Positions 14,493-23,853 of a stretch of 45,333 nucleotides of DNA are shown here, in pieces. Position numbers and translations under genes: made by a program. The notes beneath the pieces are model-generated. The model was not told the origin of the DNA, ran no database searches, and saw only the letters and a list, made by a program, of their open reading frames with translations. Source of the stretch: Deltaproteobacteria bacterium. GTDB lineage: Bacteria > Desulfobacterota > Syntrophia > Syntrophales > Smithellaceae. The number at the start of each line of letters is the position of its first letter. Position 1 is the stretch's first letter. The stretch lies in the NCBI GenBank assembly GCA_011046295.1, contig DSAV01000102.1, positions 1 to 45,333 on the forward strand, written 5' to 3'.

Positions 14493-15233
14493 TCATCCCG
14501 TCCTTCCCTGCTGGCAAAATATTTCATACTGAATGATTCCGGCAGCGACGGCAACATTAAAAGAATCAAATTGTCCCGTTATGGGAATCGTCACCAGAAA
14601 GTCGCATTTTTTTCTTAAAAGCGGCCTGATTCCTTTTGCCTCGCCGCCAAGTATAAGAGCCACGTGACATCGAAAATCCAGGCTTCTTAAATTTTCTCCA
14701 CCCCGCGCTTGGGCGCCGAACACCCAAAAACCCCTGCTTTTGAGGAAATCAATTACCTGAGATAAATTGGTTATTCTGCATACGGGTAATTGATTTGCGC
14801 TTCCCGCGGAAGCCTTAATAACGGCAGAGGTCACAGCAGCGGCTCTGTCCTTGGGAATAATCAGGCCATTGGCGCCGAAACAATAAGCGCTGCGGATAAT
14901 CGCTCCCAGGTTTTGTGGATCCATAACGCTGTCCAGGATGATAATAAGATTAAATTCCGATTGTTCACCGCGATTGTTAATTAATACGTCTATATCTTTA
15001 TAAAGATAGGAGTCATAAATACCGACAACGCCCTGATGATTACTATTGCCCGCAATTTTGTCCAATTCTGACCGCTGGCGTATTGAAATTGCGATTTCCT
15101 TTTGCCGGGCAATCTCAACTATTTCTTTTATTGCCGTGCCGCCTCTACCCGGTGCGACATAAATCTTTTTCAACCCAATATTTCCGTTTTCCAGAAAAAC
15201 CTTGACGGGATTAATGCCGTAAATTTTATCCAT
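14493..15233 (-). CDS. rlmB: 23S rRNA (guanosine-2'-O)-methyltransferase, RlmB/TrmH (SpoU) family
   Basis: MDKIYGINPV start, HQGV, DPQNLGAIIRSA, LILGGEAKG and SFNVAVAAGI SpoU motifs. Confidence 0.85.
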   Translation of the reverse strand: MDKIYGINPVKVFLENGNIGLKKIYVAPGRGGTAIKEIVEIARQKEIAISIRQRSELDKIAGNSNHQGVVGIYDSYLYKDIDVLINNRGEQSEFNLIIILDSVMDPQNLGAIIRSAYCFGANGLIIPKDRAAAVTSAVIKASAGSANQLPVCRITNLSQVIDFLKSRGFWVFGAQARGGENLRSLDFRCHVALILGGEAKGIRPLLRKKCDFLVTIPITGQFDSFNVAVAAGIIQYEIFCQQGRTG

Positions 15234-15267
15234 AACCTGCTTTTCCCCCGTTAGCGTCTACGGATAT

Positions 15268-16026
15268 CTATTTTACCGACAGAGCGTCTTCAATTTCCTG
15301 AATTATTTTCAGGCAAGCATTCAGCGGCTGATCCGCTTCGCGTATAGGCCTGCCGACAACAATATAATCACTGCCCGCTTTTATCGCTTCAGTGGCGCTT
15401 AAAGTTCTCTTCTGGTCATCTCTGCTTGCATCCGCCGCGACGCGAACACCTGGTGTAACAACAACAAAATCATCACCGAACGATTTACGCAGGTTGATAA
15501 TATCCACGGGAGAAGCAACAACTCCATCCGCTCCGGCTTCTTTCGCCAGTTTAGCCAGGTTAATAACCAGATCATCCACTTCACTTTTAAAGCCGATTTC
15601 ATCCAGATCTGCATCGTCCAGACTGGTGAGAACTGTAACAGCCAGAATAACCGGCTTGGATTTCTTCTGTTTTTCGGCAAAAGCGGTGGCGGCAAGAACA
15701 GCTTGCCGTATCATTTCACTGCCGCCGGACGCATGCACGTTGAGCATGTCCACGTCATACTCCATTGCAGCCTCAACCGCCCGGGCAACAGTATTGGGAA
15801 TATCATGAAATTTAAGATCCAGAAAAACCCGCTGGCCTCTTTTTTTTATTTCTTCGACAATTTTTGGTCCCGCGGAAGTAAAAAGTCCCTTGCCAATTTT
15901 AAACATACCCACATGTCCACTAAGAAGCTCCACCCAGGATAATGCTTCATCGTAACTCTTGGTGTCCAGCGCGAATATAAGTTTTTCACTGGCTTTGTTA
16001 TTCAAGATACTCTTCATCGCCGACAA
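15268..16026 (-). CDS. pyrF: orotidine 5'-phosphate decarboxylase
   Basis: [21 protein letters not shown] and VVGRPI motifs. Confidence 0.85.
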   Translation of the reverse strand: MSAMKSILNNKASEKLIFALDTKSYDEALSWVELLSGHVGMFKIGKGLFTSAGPKIVEEIKKRGQRVFLDLKFHDIPNTVARAVEAAMEYDVDMLNVHASGGSEMIRQAVLAATAFAEKQKKSKPVILAVTVLTSLDDADLDEIGFKSEVDDLVINLAKLAKEAGADGVVASPVDIINLRKSFGDDFVVVTPGVRVAADASRDDQKRTLSATEAIKAGSDYIVVGRPIREADQPLNACLKIIQEIEDALSVK

Positions 16027-16267
16027 ACTCAGTATTATCAGGAATGGGCTTGAAATCTTCTTTCGTTCCCTTTAAATATTCCGGATGAGCGTAGACAACT
16101 TTTCCTGCGGCGATTTCACGCAACGCCTGAACAATCTCCCTGTTTTTGCTTTCTACTAATGGCTTTGCGCCCTGCAAAAGCTGACGGGCACGCCGGGAAG
16201 CCAACGGAACCAGCCCGAATCTCGTCTTGGCAACTTCCAGTGAATCTTCTATCGTAATTCTTGCCAT
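15998..16267 (-). CDS. rpoZ: DNA-directed RNA polymerase subunit omega
   Basis: [10 protein letters not shown]...[15 protein letters not shown] is the canonical RpoZ N-terminus. Confidence 0.85.
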   Translation of the reverse strand: MARITIEDSLEVAKTRFGLVPLASRRARQLLQGAKPLVESKNREIVQALREIAAGKVVYAHPEYLKGTKEDFKPIPDNTEFVGDEEYLE

Positions 16268-16271
16268 CTAT

Positions 16272-16901
16272 TTAATAACCTCCATCTTTACTTAATTGGT
16301 TTTTCATAAAATTATTGATTTCCTCATTCAGAAATCTTCTTCTGCATTTTTCGGCAATATAGATTGAGCGTAGCTGCTCGACCGCTTTACCCAAGTCTTT
16401 ATTAAATATTACATAATCATACCATGAAATTTCTTTCAATTCACACTGTGCCTGCGCAAGCCTGGTTTTAATGGCTGCGCCGCTTTCGTGACCGCGCTTT
16501 CTTAATCGCCGTTCCAATTCCTTGTAAGAAGGCGGCAGCACAAAAACAAATACCCCCCCCTTAAGTTTTCGTTTGATTTTTTTTGCGCCTCGCGGCTCAA
16601 CATCAAGAAGCAAATCTTTGCCTCTTTTAATATTATTTTCCATTTCTTTATATGACGTGCCGTAAAGCTCGCCGTAGTTCTCAACCCATTCGACAAAATA
16701 ACCTTCCTTTATGTCCTTCTTGAACACCTCTCGTGATATAAAATGATAATCTCTTCCATTTATCTCTTTCGGGCGCGGCTTTCTGGAAGTATGAGAAACA
16801 GAAAATTTAATTTTCGGGCAGACCTCAAGCATTTTTTGGCAAATGCTGGTTTTTCCCGCGCCGGACGGCGCCGATACAACAATAAATAATCCCTGTTTCA
16901 T
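16272..16901 (-). CDS. gmk: guanylate kinase
   Basis: P-loop SAPSGAGKTS, TSRKPRPKEINGRDYHF and YGT motifs. Confidence 0.9.
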   Translation of the reverse strand: MKQGLFIVVSAPSGAGKTSICQKMLEVCPKIKFSVSHTSRKPRPKEINGRDYHFISREVFKKDIKEGYFVEWVENYGELYGTSYKEMENNIKRGKDLLLDVEPRGAKKIKRKLKGGVFVFVLPPSYKELERRLRKRGHESGAAIKTRLAQAQCELKEISWYDYVIFNKDLGKAVEQLRSIYIAEKCRRRFLNEEINNFMKNQLSKDGGY

Positions 16902-16905
16902 AATG

Positions 16906-17784
16906 TCACTCTATATTTTGCGCCTGTTCGCGCAGCTTGCCCATTTCGCTTTTTACTTCAATGACCTGTCGGGCGATATTTACGTCGCCGCTTTTTGAAC
17001 CGATGGTATTAATTTCCCGATTCATTTCCTGCAGAAGGAAATCAATTTTTCTTCCTTCGGCTTCCTCACTGCCTAAAAGAGCGGCAAATTGTTTCATATG
17101 GCTTTGCAGTCGTACCACTTCTTCCGTAATATCACTTCTCTCCGCCATAATTGCCACTTCCTGTACCATGCGGTTTTCATCCAGCTGAAAACCACCGGTA
17201 AGCTCCCTGACTCTTTCTGTAAGACGTTTTTGATATTCAACAACAACCTGCGGCGCTCGTGTTTTTATCTCCGCCACAATTCCTTCGATTGCCAAAAGAC
17301 GCGCGCGCATGTCTTCACACATCACGGCGCCTTCAGCCTTGCGCATATTTATCATCATCGTCAGCGCTTCAGCCAACCCCACATTAATGGCGTCAATAAA
17401 CTCCCGACTCAATTGCGATTCGTCAGGAACGCTGAAAACATCCCGGAAAGAAGCCAGGATTTCGAGCGATATTTCACCAGAAAGATTAAATTCGTTCTTT
17501 ATTCTGCTCAGCGCATCAATATAACCGCGAGCTGCTTCCGAATTGAAATTAACTTTTGAGCTACTCTTGTTTTTCTCCTCCAGTCTAATGCTGGTTTCTA
17601 TACGACCACGCCTGCATCTTTCCGATATCTTCTTTTTAAACTCCGCCTCCGCCGAAAACAAAACCGAAGGAAGGCGCAGTGACAACTCCAGAAATCTGTG
17701 ATTAACAGATTTCATTTCCACAATAATCTTTTTCTCCTGCCAGGTTGTTTCCGACTTGCCGTATCCGGTCATGCTTTTGATCAT
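16906..17784 (-). CDS. yicC: YicC/YloC family endoribonuclease
   Basis: MIKSMTGYG start, SVNHRFLE, and C-terminal QEMNREINTIGSK and KLREQAQNIE motifs. Confidence 0.85.
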   Translation of the reverse strand: MIKSMTGYGKSETTWQEKKIIVEMKSVNHRFLELSLRLPSVLFSAEAEFKKKISERCRRGRIETSIRLEEKNKSSSKVNFNSEAARGYIDALSRIKNEFNLSGEISLEILASFRDVFSVPDESQLSREFIDAINVGLAEALTMMINMRKAEGAVMCEDMRARLLAIEGIVAEIKTRAPQVVVEYQKRLTERVRELTGGFQLDENRMVQEVAIMAERSDITEEVVRLQSHMKQFAALLGSEEAEGRKIDFLLQEMNREINTIGSKSGDVNIARQVIEVKSEMGKLREQAQNIE

Positions 17785-17808
17785 TTATCACCTTTTGCGT
17801 TTCAAAAT

Positions 17809-18342
17809 TTATTGCCGCTCTTCTTTTAGCTGCAGTAAATATTTTGCCCTGATTTTGGCGAACATCATCTTTTGTCTTTCTTCAGCATAATCGGGATACG
17901 TCCAGGGCAGAGAAAAGAATTTTCCTGCCTGAAAGATTAATGTCAAATCAGCGTAAATACCATCACGCAGATAAGGCCGGTGCGCGTAACCTTTTCCCGT
18001 TGCGAGAATCAAGTGAGCCGCCGAAAGATAACCGGGGTCAATATTCACTCCGCGCTGACCCTCTACAGATGTTTTTTCTTCGATTTTATTCATCTTCAAT
18101 TTCACATCCGGAAGCTTTTCCGCATCGATCAGCATTTCCATGGTCAAGAAGCGCCGGAAAAGATTTTTCCCCATTTCCCTGCAATAATAGTCCGTATAAT
18201 CAAAAGGCATTCGCGCGCTGATATAATCCGGCATCCCGTAAATATTCGACAGCGCATCTATCGTATCGTTTATGAGCTTATGATCATTCGCCAAAATGCT
18301 GAATATTAATTTGACCGGTAAAGCCGGTATTGGTTTGCTCAT
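17809..18342 (-). CDS. DUF4416 family protein
   Basis: The pattern VKLIFSIL...GVNIDPGYL...LATGKGYAHRPYL...WTYPDY matches my memory of DUF4416. It overlaps the upstream kinase gene by 4 nt. Confidence 0.5.
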   Translation of the reverse strand: MSKPIPALPVKLIFSILANDHKLINDTIDALSNIYGMPDYISARMPFDYTDYYCREMGKNLFRRFLTMEMLIDAEKLPDVKLKMNKIEEKTSVEGQRGVNIDPGYLSAAHLILATGKGYAHRPYLRDGIYADLTLIFQAGKFFSLPWTYPDYAEERQKMMFAKIRAKYLLQLKEERQ

Positions 18343-19328
18343 AGCGCTTCTATTAATTCTTCCCGCGTCACGACAGAAGTGCCGACTTTGCCCACCACGA
18401 TACCCGCGGCCACATTAGCCAGATAAGTTGCTTCCTTGATTTTCGCGCCGGCGGCTAACGCCAGCGCCAGCACTCCGATGACCGTGTCACCCGCGCCGGT
18501 CACATCGTAAACTTCTCTTGCCCGCGCCGGAAAATATGTATGAATAATTTTACGTCCGTTTTCAAAAAGGCTCATTCCTTCTTCTCCCCGCGTGATGAGC
18601 ATCGCCTGAAAACCGTGTTTTCTTAATATGATTTCACTGAGACGTCCCAAATCGTCACCGTTATTTATCTCCATGCCGGCGGCCCGTTGGGCCTCATGGT
18701 GATTAGGTGTTATTATATGAGCTCCATCGTAGACGGAAAAATCTTTATATTTAGGATCAACGCAGATTAAGACCCGCGTATTTTTAACTATATCTCTTAT
18801 GCCTTCAATAAGAATTCTGGAAATGACACCTTTGTTATAATCAGAGACGATTATCGCCCCTATTTTGCCACGCAGGGACTCAACGTACTGTAGTATTCTT
18901 TTCGCTTGACCGGCCAAAATTGGCTTCTTGCTCTCCTTGTCAAAGCGTACCACTTGCTGCCCGTGCGCCACAATTCTTGTTTTAAGAGTAGTGGGCCTTT
19001 TCTTGTCAACGACAACACCGCTCGTTTCGATTTTCTTCGCGTTCAGTTCTCTGAGAAGATTTTTTCCAATATTATCCGCACCGATAACACCGCTCACATA
19101 GACTTTCCCGCCCATGGCGTAAATACTGTTGAGCACATTGGCGCAACCACCAAGCATAATGCCGTCGTCTTGAACATCTACCACGGGAACCGGCGCTTCA
19201 GGAGAAATGCGCGAAACCTTCCCCCAGATAAAATGATCAACCATCATATCGCCCACTACAAGGATTCCCGTTTTAGTAAAAGCGTCAATAATTCCCATCG
19301 CTCTTTTTCTTGTTGCAACTTTTGGCAC
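18339..19328 (-). CDS. D-glycero-beta-D-manno-heptose-7-phosphate kinase (RfaE domain I / HldA type, PfkB family)
   Basis: ILVVGDMMVDHFIWGKVSRISPEAPVPVV and DVTGAGDT ribokinase-family motifs. 329 aa. Confidence 0.8.
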   Translation of the reverse strand: MPKVATRKRAMGIIDAFTKTGILVVGDMMVDHFIWGKVSRISPEAPVPVVDVQDDGIMLGGCANVLNSIYAMGGKVYVSGVIGADNIGKNLLRELNAKKIETSGVVVDKKRPTTLKTRIVAHGQQVVRFDKESKKPILAGQAKRILQYVESLRGKIGAIIVSDYNKGVISRILIEGIRDIVKNTRVLICVDPKYKDFSVYDGAHIITPNHHEAQRAAGMEINNGDDLGRLSEIILRKHGFQAMLITRGEEGMSLFENGRKIIHTYFPARAREVYDVTGAGDTVIGVLALALAAGAKIKEATYLANVAAGIVVGKVGTSVVTREELIEAL

Positions 19329-19689
19329 CTGGGGAAAGACTCCTTCAATAAGTTTCCGTATATATTAAAAAAAGCGCCTTGAGCGCCTGCGGGAAAAAGC
19401 AGTGTAATCCTATTACTAAGGCTTTAATTTGTCAAACACTTTTCCTGCTGGTTTTTGACGGTTTTTATTATTGACAACGAGCCCATTTCTATTTAAGTTT
19501 GATAAAAAACTATATATCCGGTTTCCGAATATCGACGTAAAAAACAAGCCCCCAAAAAAATATATATATTTCGGATTTCCCGGTTGTCTTAAAAAAAGCT
19601 TGTTGCGCCCTAAAAAAGCCGCGATTAAACAATGATAAAAAAATTTTCAACATAATAAATTTTGCAGAAAGAATATCGGCGAAGGATTT

Positions 19690-20391
19690 ATGATATTGAA
19701 TATTGAGCAGTTTCGCAGCGGCGACAATCTGGCTTATCTGATTTTCGGACAAAAACATGCCATGGCTGTTGACGGCGTTGCCTGGCAAGAAATTCTTTCT
19801 TTTTTAAAAGAACATAAACTGACCCTTTCTCTTGTTGCCAATACGCATCAGCATTTCGACCACACCGGCGGAAATGCTCACCTGTTAAAAGCCACCGGAG
19901 CTAAGCTTTTGGAATTTAACGAACTCAGCGACAACAAGGAAATTTATATCGACAGCGAAAAAATAATTGTTTACCGGACTCCGGGGCATACAAACGACTC
20001 TGTTTGTTTCCATACCGGTAACGCCCTGTTTTCCGGGGATACGCTATTCAACGCAACCGTCGGCAATTGTTTTTCGGGAGATTTGAAAAGTTTTTATCTC
20101 TCCATTAAGCGTCTGATGGAGCTGCCGGACGATACAACAGTTTTCGCCGGACACGATTACGTGCGCGATTCGCTGGTTTTCGCCCGCCGCCTGGAGCCTG
20201 ATAATGCCGAAATCGACAGATTCCGGGATATGTATAACCCCGATTGCGTCTATTCAACCATGGCTGATGAACGCAAGGTCAATCCTTATCTGCGGTTCAA
20301 CGAAGAAACTATCATAAAACTTCTGCGGAAATTGAAACTGCCGCACGCCACTCAATGGGAACGCTGGCAATCGTTGATGTCCATAGATTAA
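19690..20391 (+). CDS. MBL-fold hydrolase, glyoxalase II (hydroxyacylglutathione hydrolase)-like
   Basis: DNLAYLI, THQHFDHTGGN, TPGHT and GHDY motifs. 233 aa. Confidence 0.7.
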   Translation: MILNIEQFRSGDNLAYLIFGQKHAMAVDGVAWQEILSFLKEHKLTLSLVANTHQHFDHTGGNAHLLKATGAKLLEFNELSDNKEIYIDSEKIIVYRTPGHTNDSVCFHTGNALFSGDTLFNATVGNCFSGDLKSFYLSIKRLMELPDDTTVFAGHDYVRDSLVFARRLEPDNAEIDRFRDMYNPDCVYSTMADERKVNPYLRFNEETIIKLLRKLKLPHATQWERWQSLMSID

Positions 20392-20449
20392 TTTACCGTA
20401 ATCCGCATAATCCCCCGTTGCCTGCTGTTTTTTAAGAAGCTTTATAAGC

Positions 20450-20479
20450 TTGACACGACAAAGATATCCCCATTATACT
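20450..20479 (+). promoter_or_regulatory. candidate sigma-70 promoter for the OYE reductase gene
   Basis: TTGACA (20450-20455), an 18-nt spacer, then TATACT (20474-20479), about 25 nt upstream of the ATG at 20505. Confidence 0.35.
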
Positions 20480-20504
20480 CATCTGCAAGTGGTCGGGATA
20501 AATA

Positions 20505-21602
20505 ATGAAAGCAAGCGCGCTTCTTAAACCAATTAAATTGGGAAAATATGAGCTGCCGAACCGGACTTTTATGGCACCGCTGACACGCTGCCGCGCGGAC
20601 AACCCCCAAAACGCGGCAACCAGCCTTATGGCCGAATATTACGCCCAGCGCGCATCCGCCGGCCTTATCATCTCGGAAGGCACCTCAATATCCGCGCGGG
20701 CTGTCGGCTGCATTAATGTTCCCGGAATTTACACGCAGGAACAAATTGACGGCTGGAAGCTGGTCACTGATGCCGTTCATCAGAAAAACGGTCGCATCTT
20801 CTGTCAGCTGTGGCATGCCGGCCGCGTGTCGCATCCTGATTTTCACGAAGGAAACCTGCCCCTGGCTCCTTCGGCAATAAACCCTCACGATCATGTTTTT
20901 ACGGCAGAAGGGTTTAAAGAAACAGTGATCCCGCTGGCTATGAGCAGGAACGAAATTCATGATACAACTATCGACTTCAGCAAAGCAGCCAAAAACGCCA
21001 TTGACGCCGGCTTCGACGGCGTGGAAATTCATTGCGCCAACGGTTATCTTTTCCATCAATTTTTCACTAACTGCTCCAATACGCGTACCGACGAATACGG
21101 GGGTTCACACGAAAACAAAGCGCGTTTTTTCTTCGAAACACTCACGGCCGTCGGTTCAACCATTGGTTTCGACAGAGTCGGTGTCCGTCTGAATCCCTCT
21201 TTCCACGGCTTTTTCGGTATTACCATAGACAGGGAAACCATCCCCACATTTGAATACATCGCTAAACGCCTGAATGGTTATTCCAATCTGGCTTACGCTC
21301 ATTTTACGGAACCTTACTGGGCGGTGGATGGCGTACCCCACGCACCGAAGGAAATAACCAAACACTTCAGCGCTATTTACCAGGGAACCATGGTTACCAA
21401 TTGCGGATTCAACAGCGAACGGGGGCATCGTATCATTGTGGAAGGCTATGCCGATGCCGTTGCTTTCGGTAAACCTTATATTTCCAATCCTGATCTTGTG
21501 GAACGCATAGCGAAAAACGCCCAATGGCAGCCCTGGGATGAAACAACATTTTACACGCCCGGCCCGCAGGGATACACGGATTATAAAAGACTGGCCGGTT
21601 AA
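20505..21602 (+). CDS. alkene reductase / NADH:flavin oxidoreductase, Old Yellow Enzyme family (NemA-like)
   Basis: LPNRTFMAPLTRCRA, QLWHAGR, GFDGVEIHCANGYL and NTRTDEYGGS motifs. Confidence 0.85.
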   Translation: MKASALLKPIKLGKYELPNRTFMAPLTRCRADNPQNAATSLMAEYYAQRASAGLIISEGTSISARAVGCINVPGIYTQEQIDGWKLVTDAVHQKNGRIFCQLWHAGRVSHPDFHEGNLPLAPSAINPHDHVFTAEGFKETVIPLAMSRNEIHDTTIDFSKAAKNAIDAGFDGVEIHCANGYLFHQFFTNCSNTRTDEYGGSHENKARFFFETLTAVGSTIGFDRVGVRLNPSFHGFFGITIDRETIPTFEYIAKRLNGYSNLAYAHFTEPYWAVDGVPHAPKEITKHFSAIYQGTMVTNCGFNSERGHRIIVEGYADAVAFGKPYISNPDLVERIAKNAQWQPWDETTFYTPGPQGYTDYKRLAG

Positions 21603-21653
21603 TAATCGGCAATAACAAGAAAAACAAAATATCTGATATTAAGGAGAATTATT

Positions 21654-22112
21654 ATGACTAGAATTAGTGTCGGAGATAAATTTGCTGATTTTTCATTAAA
21701 AAACCAGAAAGATGCCGCAATAGATACTGCGTCATTGAACGGAAAAAAATTACTGCTTTCTTTTCACCCGCTGGCCTGGACGGATATTTGCTCCCGGCAA
21801 ATGCAGTCGCTGGAGGAAAATTTCGACACGTTCCAAAGTTTAAATACTGTCGCGCTGGGTCTTTCGGTCGATTCCGTGCCCTGCAAAAAAGCATGGGCGG
21901 ACTCTCTTAGTATTGTCAAAACCGACCTGCTTGCTGATTTCTGGCCGCATGGAGGACTTGCTTTAAAACTGGGTATTTTTATCGACAGATTCGGATTTTC
22001 CTAACGCGCCAGTATCATTATCGATGAAAATAGAGAGGTTATTTTTATCAAAATTTATCCGCTGAAAGAACTGCCGGACATTTCAGAAATAACTGATTTT
22101 TTGAAAAAATAA
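21654..22112 (+). pseudogene. AhpC/TSA-family peroxiredoxin interrupted by one in-frame TAA
   Basis: The 116-aa ORF (FHPLAWTDICSRQ catalytic Cys context) ends at TAA 22002-22004. The same frame continues RASIIIDENREVIFIKIYPL...FLKK to TAA at 22110-22112. The junction GFS-stop-RASIIID sits where family members have E-R-A-x-F-I-I-D, so a single GAA to TAA change would explain it. Confidence 0.6.
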
Positions 22113-22241
22113 AAACCATTTTTGCCGTCTTGCCGGTTTTTTCTCTTTTTATCCGCAAACACAAGCGGATGCATAAATAAACGGTATTGACTTCAACATA
22201 ATTATCAAGTAAAAAATTTTACCCCTTAGGGAGGAAATTTT

Positions 22242-22994
22242 ATGATTCGTTCAGCGCTTTTAGTCACTTTAGGCGTGGCCATAACAGCTTTTATGTCCTT
22301 TTGGGCGGTAATTTTTTCGATTTTCCCCAATTCCGACAACAGAGTCCACAAAATCGCCAATATCTGGGGAAAAATATTATTGTTAATCTGCAACACAAAA
22401 GTAGAAGTAATCGGTAAAGAAAACTTCAAGTCCAAAAACCCGCATGTTTTAATGGCCAACCATCAAAGCGATTTTGACATACTTATTTCTTTGGCTTACA
22501 TACCAGGCCAGTTTCGCTGGTTAGCAAAAAAAGAGCTATTTAATATACCCGTATTCGGCGCGGCCATGAAGGGCGCCGGATATATTCCCATTGACCGCCA
22601 AAACAAAGAAGAAGCGATGCAAAGCTTGGATGAAGCAGCGCTGCGCATCCGTAACGGAAAATCCGTAATGACTTTTCCCGAAGGCACCAGAAGCCGCGAG
22701 GGAGAAATAAAAGCCTTTAAACAGGGAATTTTTTATCTGGCCATCAAATCCGGCGTGCCCATTATTCCCGTTACCATTATCGGCAGCGGACAGATTATGC
22801 CGAAAAGGTCACTCCGGGTAAGACCGGGGAAAATCAAGCTGATTATCGACAAGCCGATAGAAGTCAAGGACTACCATATCGAAAGCAGACAGGAACTTAT
22901 CGAAAAAGTCAGAAATACAATTATCAACAATTATGACGAATGGCGGGACGCTGATACCGCCGGCATTAAAGATACGGAGAAAGAGACCCCTTGA
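22242..22994 (+). CDS. plsC: 1-acyl-sn-glycerol-3-phosphate acyltransferase
   Basis: N-terminal TM segment, NHQSDFD (HX4D) and FPEGTRS motifs. Confidence 0.85.
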   Translation: MIRSALLVTLGVAITAFMSFWAVIFSIFPNSDNRVHKIANIWGKILLLICNTKVEVIGKENFKSKNPHVLMANHQSDFDILISLAYIPGQFRWLAKKELFNIPVFGAAMKGAGYIPIDRQNKEEAMQSLDEAALRIRNGKSVMTFPEGTRSREGEIKAFKQGIFYLAIKSGVPIIPVTIIGSGQIMPKRSLRVRPGKIKLIIDKPIEVKDYHIESRQELIEKVRNTIINNYDEWRDADTAGIKDTEKETP

Positions 22995-23812
22995 ATTTTT
23001 CGACCGCGGTACTTTTGGGAATTGTCCAGGGGTTAACCGAATTATTTCCGGTAAGCAGTTCGGGACATATGGTTATCCTGCGAAGTTTTTTCCCCAGCTT
23101 TCAGCAACCGGGCGTGGCGTTTGATGTGGTAGTGCATGTGGGCACACTTGTGGCCATCGTTGTGTATTTCCGCACCGAAATCTGGAATATCACGAAATCC
23201 CTTCTGCCTCAAAATATCAAGGATTCACATTCAGAAAACAATTTCAGCACGTCACGAAAACTTCTGCTGCTCATCATTATCGGCACAATACCGGCCGCTT
23301 TCTTCGGGCTTCTCTTTCAGGAAAAGCTTCATGTAATATTTAACTTCGCCCGCGCCGCGGCATTTTTTCTTATTATTACCGGATTTCTTCTTTTTATCTC
23401 CGACAAGGTGAAAAACACACCCCGGCAAGAAGCGGACATGAATTTTTTCGACGCTATATTAATCGGGCTTGCCCAGAGCTTTGCCCTCTTGCCAGGCATC
23501 TCCCGTTCCGGCGCCACGATAACGATGGGAATATTCCGCGGTATAAACAGGACGGCGGCTGCGCGTTTTTCCTTTTTGCTATCGCTGCCGGCAATTTGCG
23601 GCTCTGTTATTCTGGAGCTGCCTTACCTGAAACAAGTACCATCCGGGGAAATACTTGCCTATTTTGCCGGTTTTTTATGCGCCGCTTTGGCGGGATTAGC
23701 TTCCCTTAATTTTTTTTTCCTGATTATACGCCAGGCGCGCCTGAAATATTTTTCCTATTATTGCTGGACATTTGCTTTGTTTACCCTACTTGTCAAATCC
23801 TCTTTTTTCTGA
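22991..23812 (+). CDS. uppP: undecaprenyl-diphosphate phosphatase
   Basis: LLGIVQGLTELFPVSSSGH and PGISRSGATI motifs. Multi-TM. TTG start overlapping the plsC stop. Confidence 0.85.
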   Translation: MNFSTAVLLGIVQGLTELFPVSSSGHMVILRSFFPSFQQPGVAFDVVVHVGTLVAIVVYFRTEIWNITKSLLPQNIKDSHSENNFSTSRKLLLLIIIGTIPAAFFGLLFQEKLHVIFNFARAAAFFLIITGFLLFISDKVKNTPRQEADMNFFDAILIGLAQSFALLPGISRSGATITMGIFRGINRTAAARFSFLLSLPAICGSVILELPYLKQVPSGEILAYFAGFLCAALAGLASLNFFFLIIRQARLKYFSYYCWTFALFTLLVKSSFF

Positions 23813-23853
23813 AATAATTGCCGTGATTAAATAAAATTTAATGCACGGATAAA

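Noticed and set aside
19510-19788. A 92-aa minus-strand ORF in the rfaE-gloB intergenic region, and a possible structured RNA in 19380-19690.
   Set aside because: The ORF overlaps the gloB-like start and has no RBS and a low-complexity sequence. The apparent inverted repeat (CCGGTTTCCGAATAT / ATATTTCGGATTTCCCGG) does not base-pair when checked position by position.
887-22112. Two conserved genes each carry an in-frame stop (TAG at 1106-1108 and TAA at 22002-22004). I considered stop-codon reassignment or programmed read-through.
   Set aside because: Many confidently called genes in the window terminate at TAA or TAG at the positions expected from homology (for example TAG at 4096-4098 and TAA at 8428-8430). 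The two interrupted genes use different stop codons and show no shared context. Nonsense mutations or consensus errors are simpler explanations.
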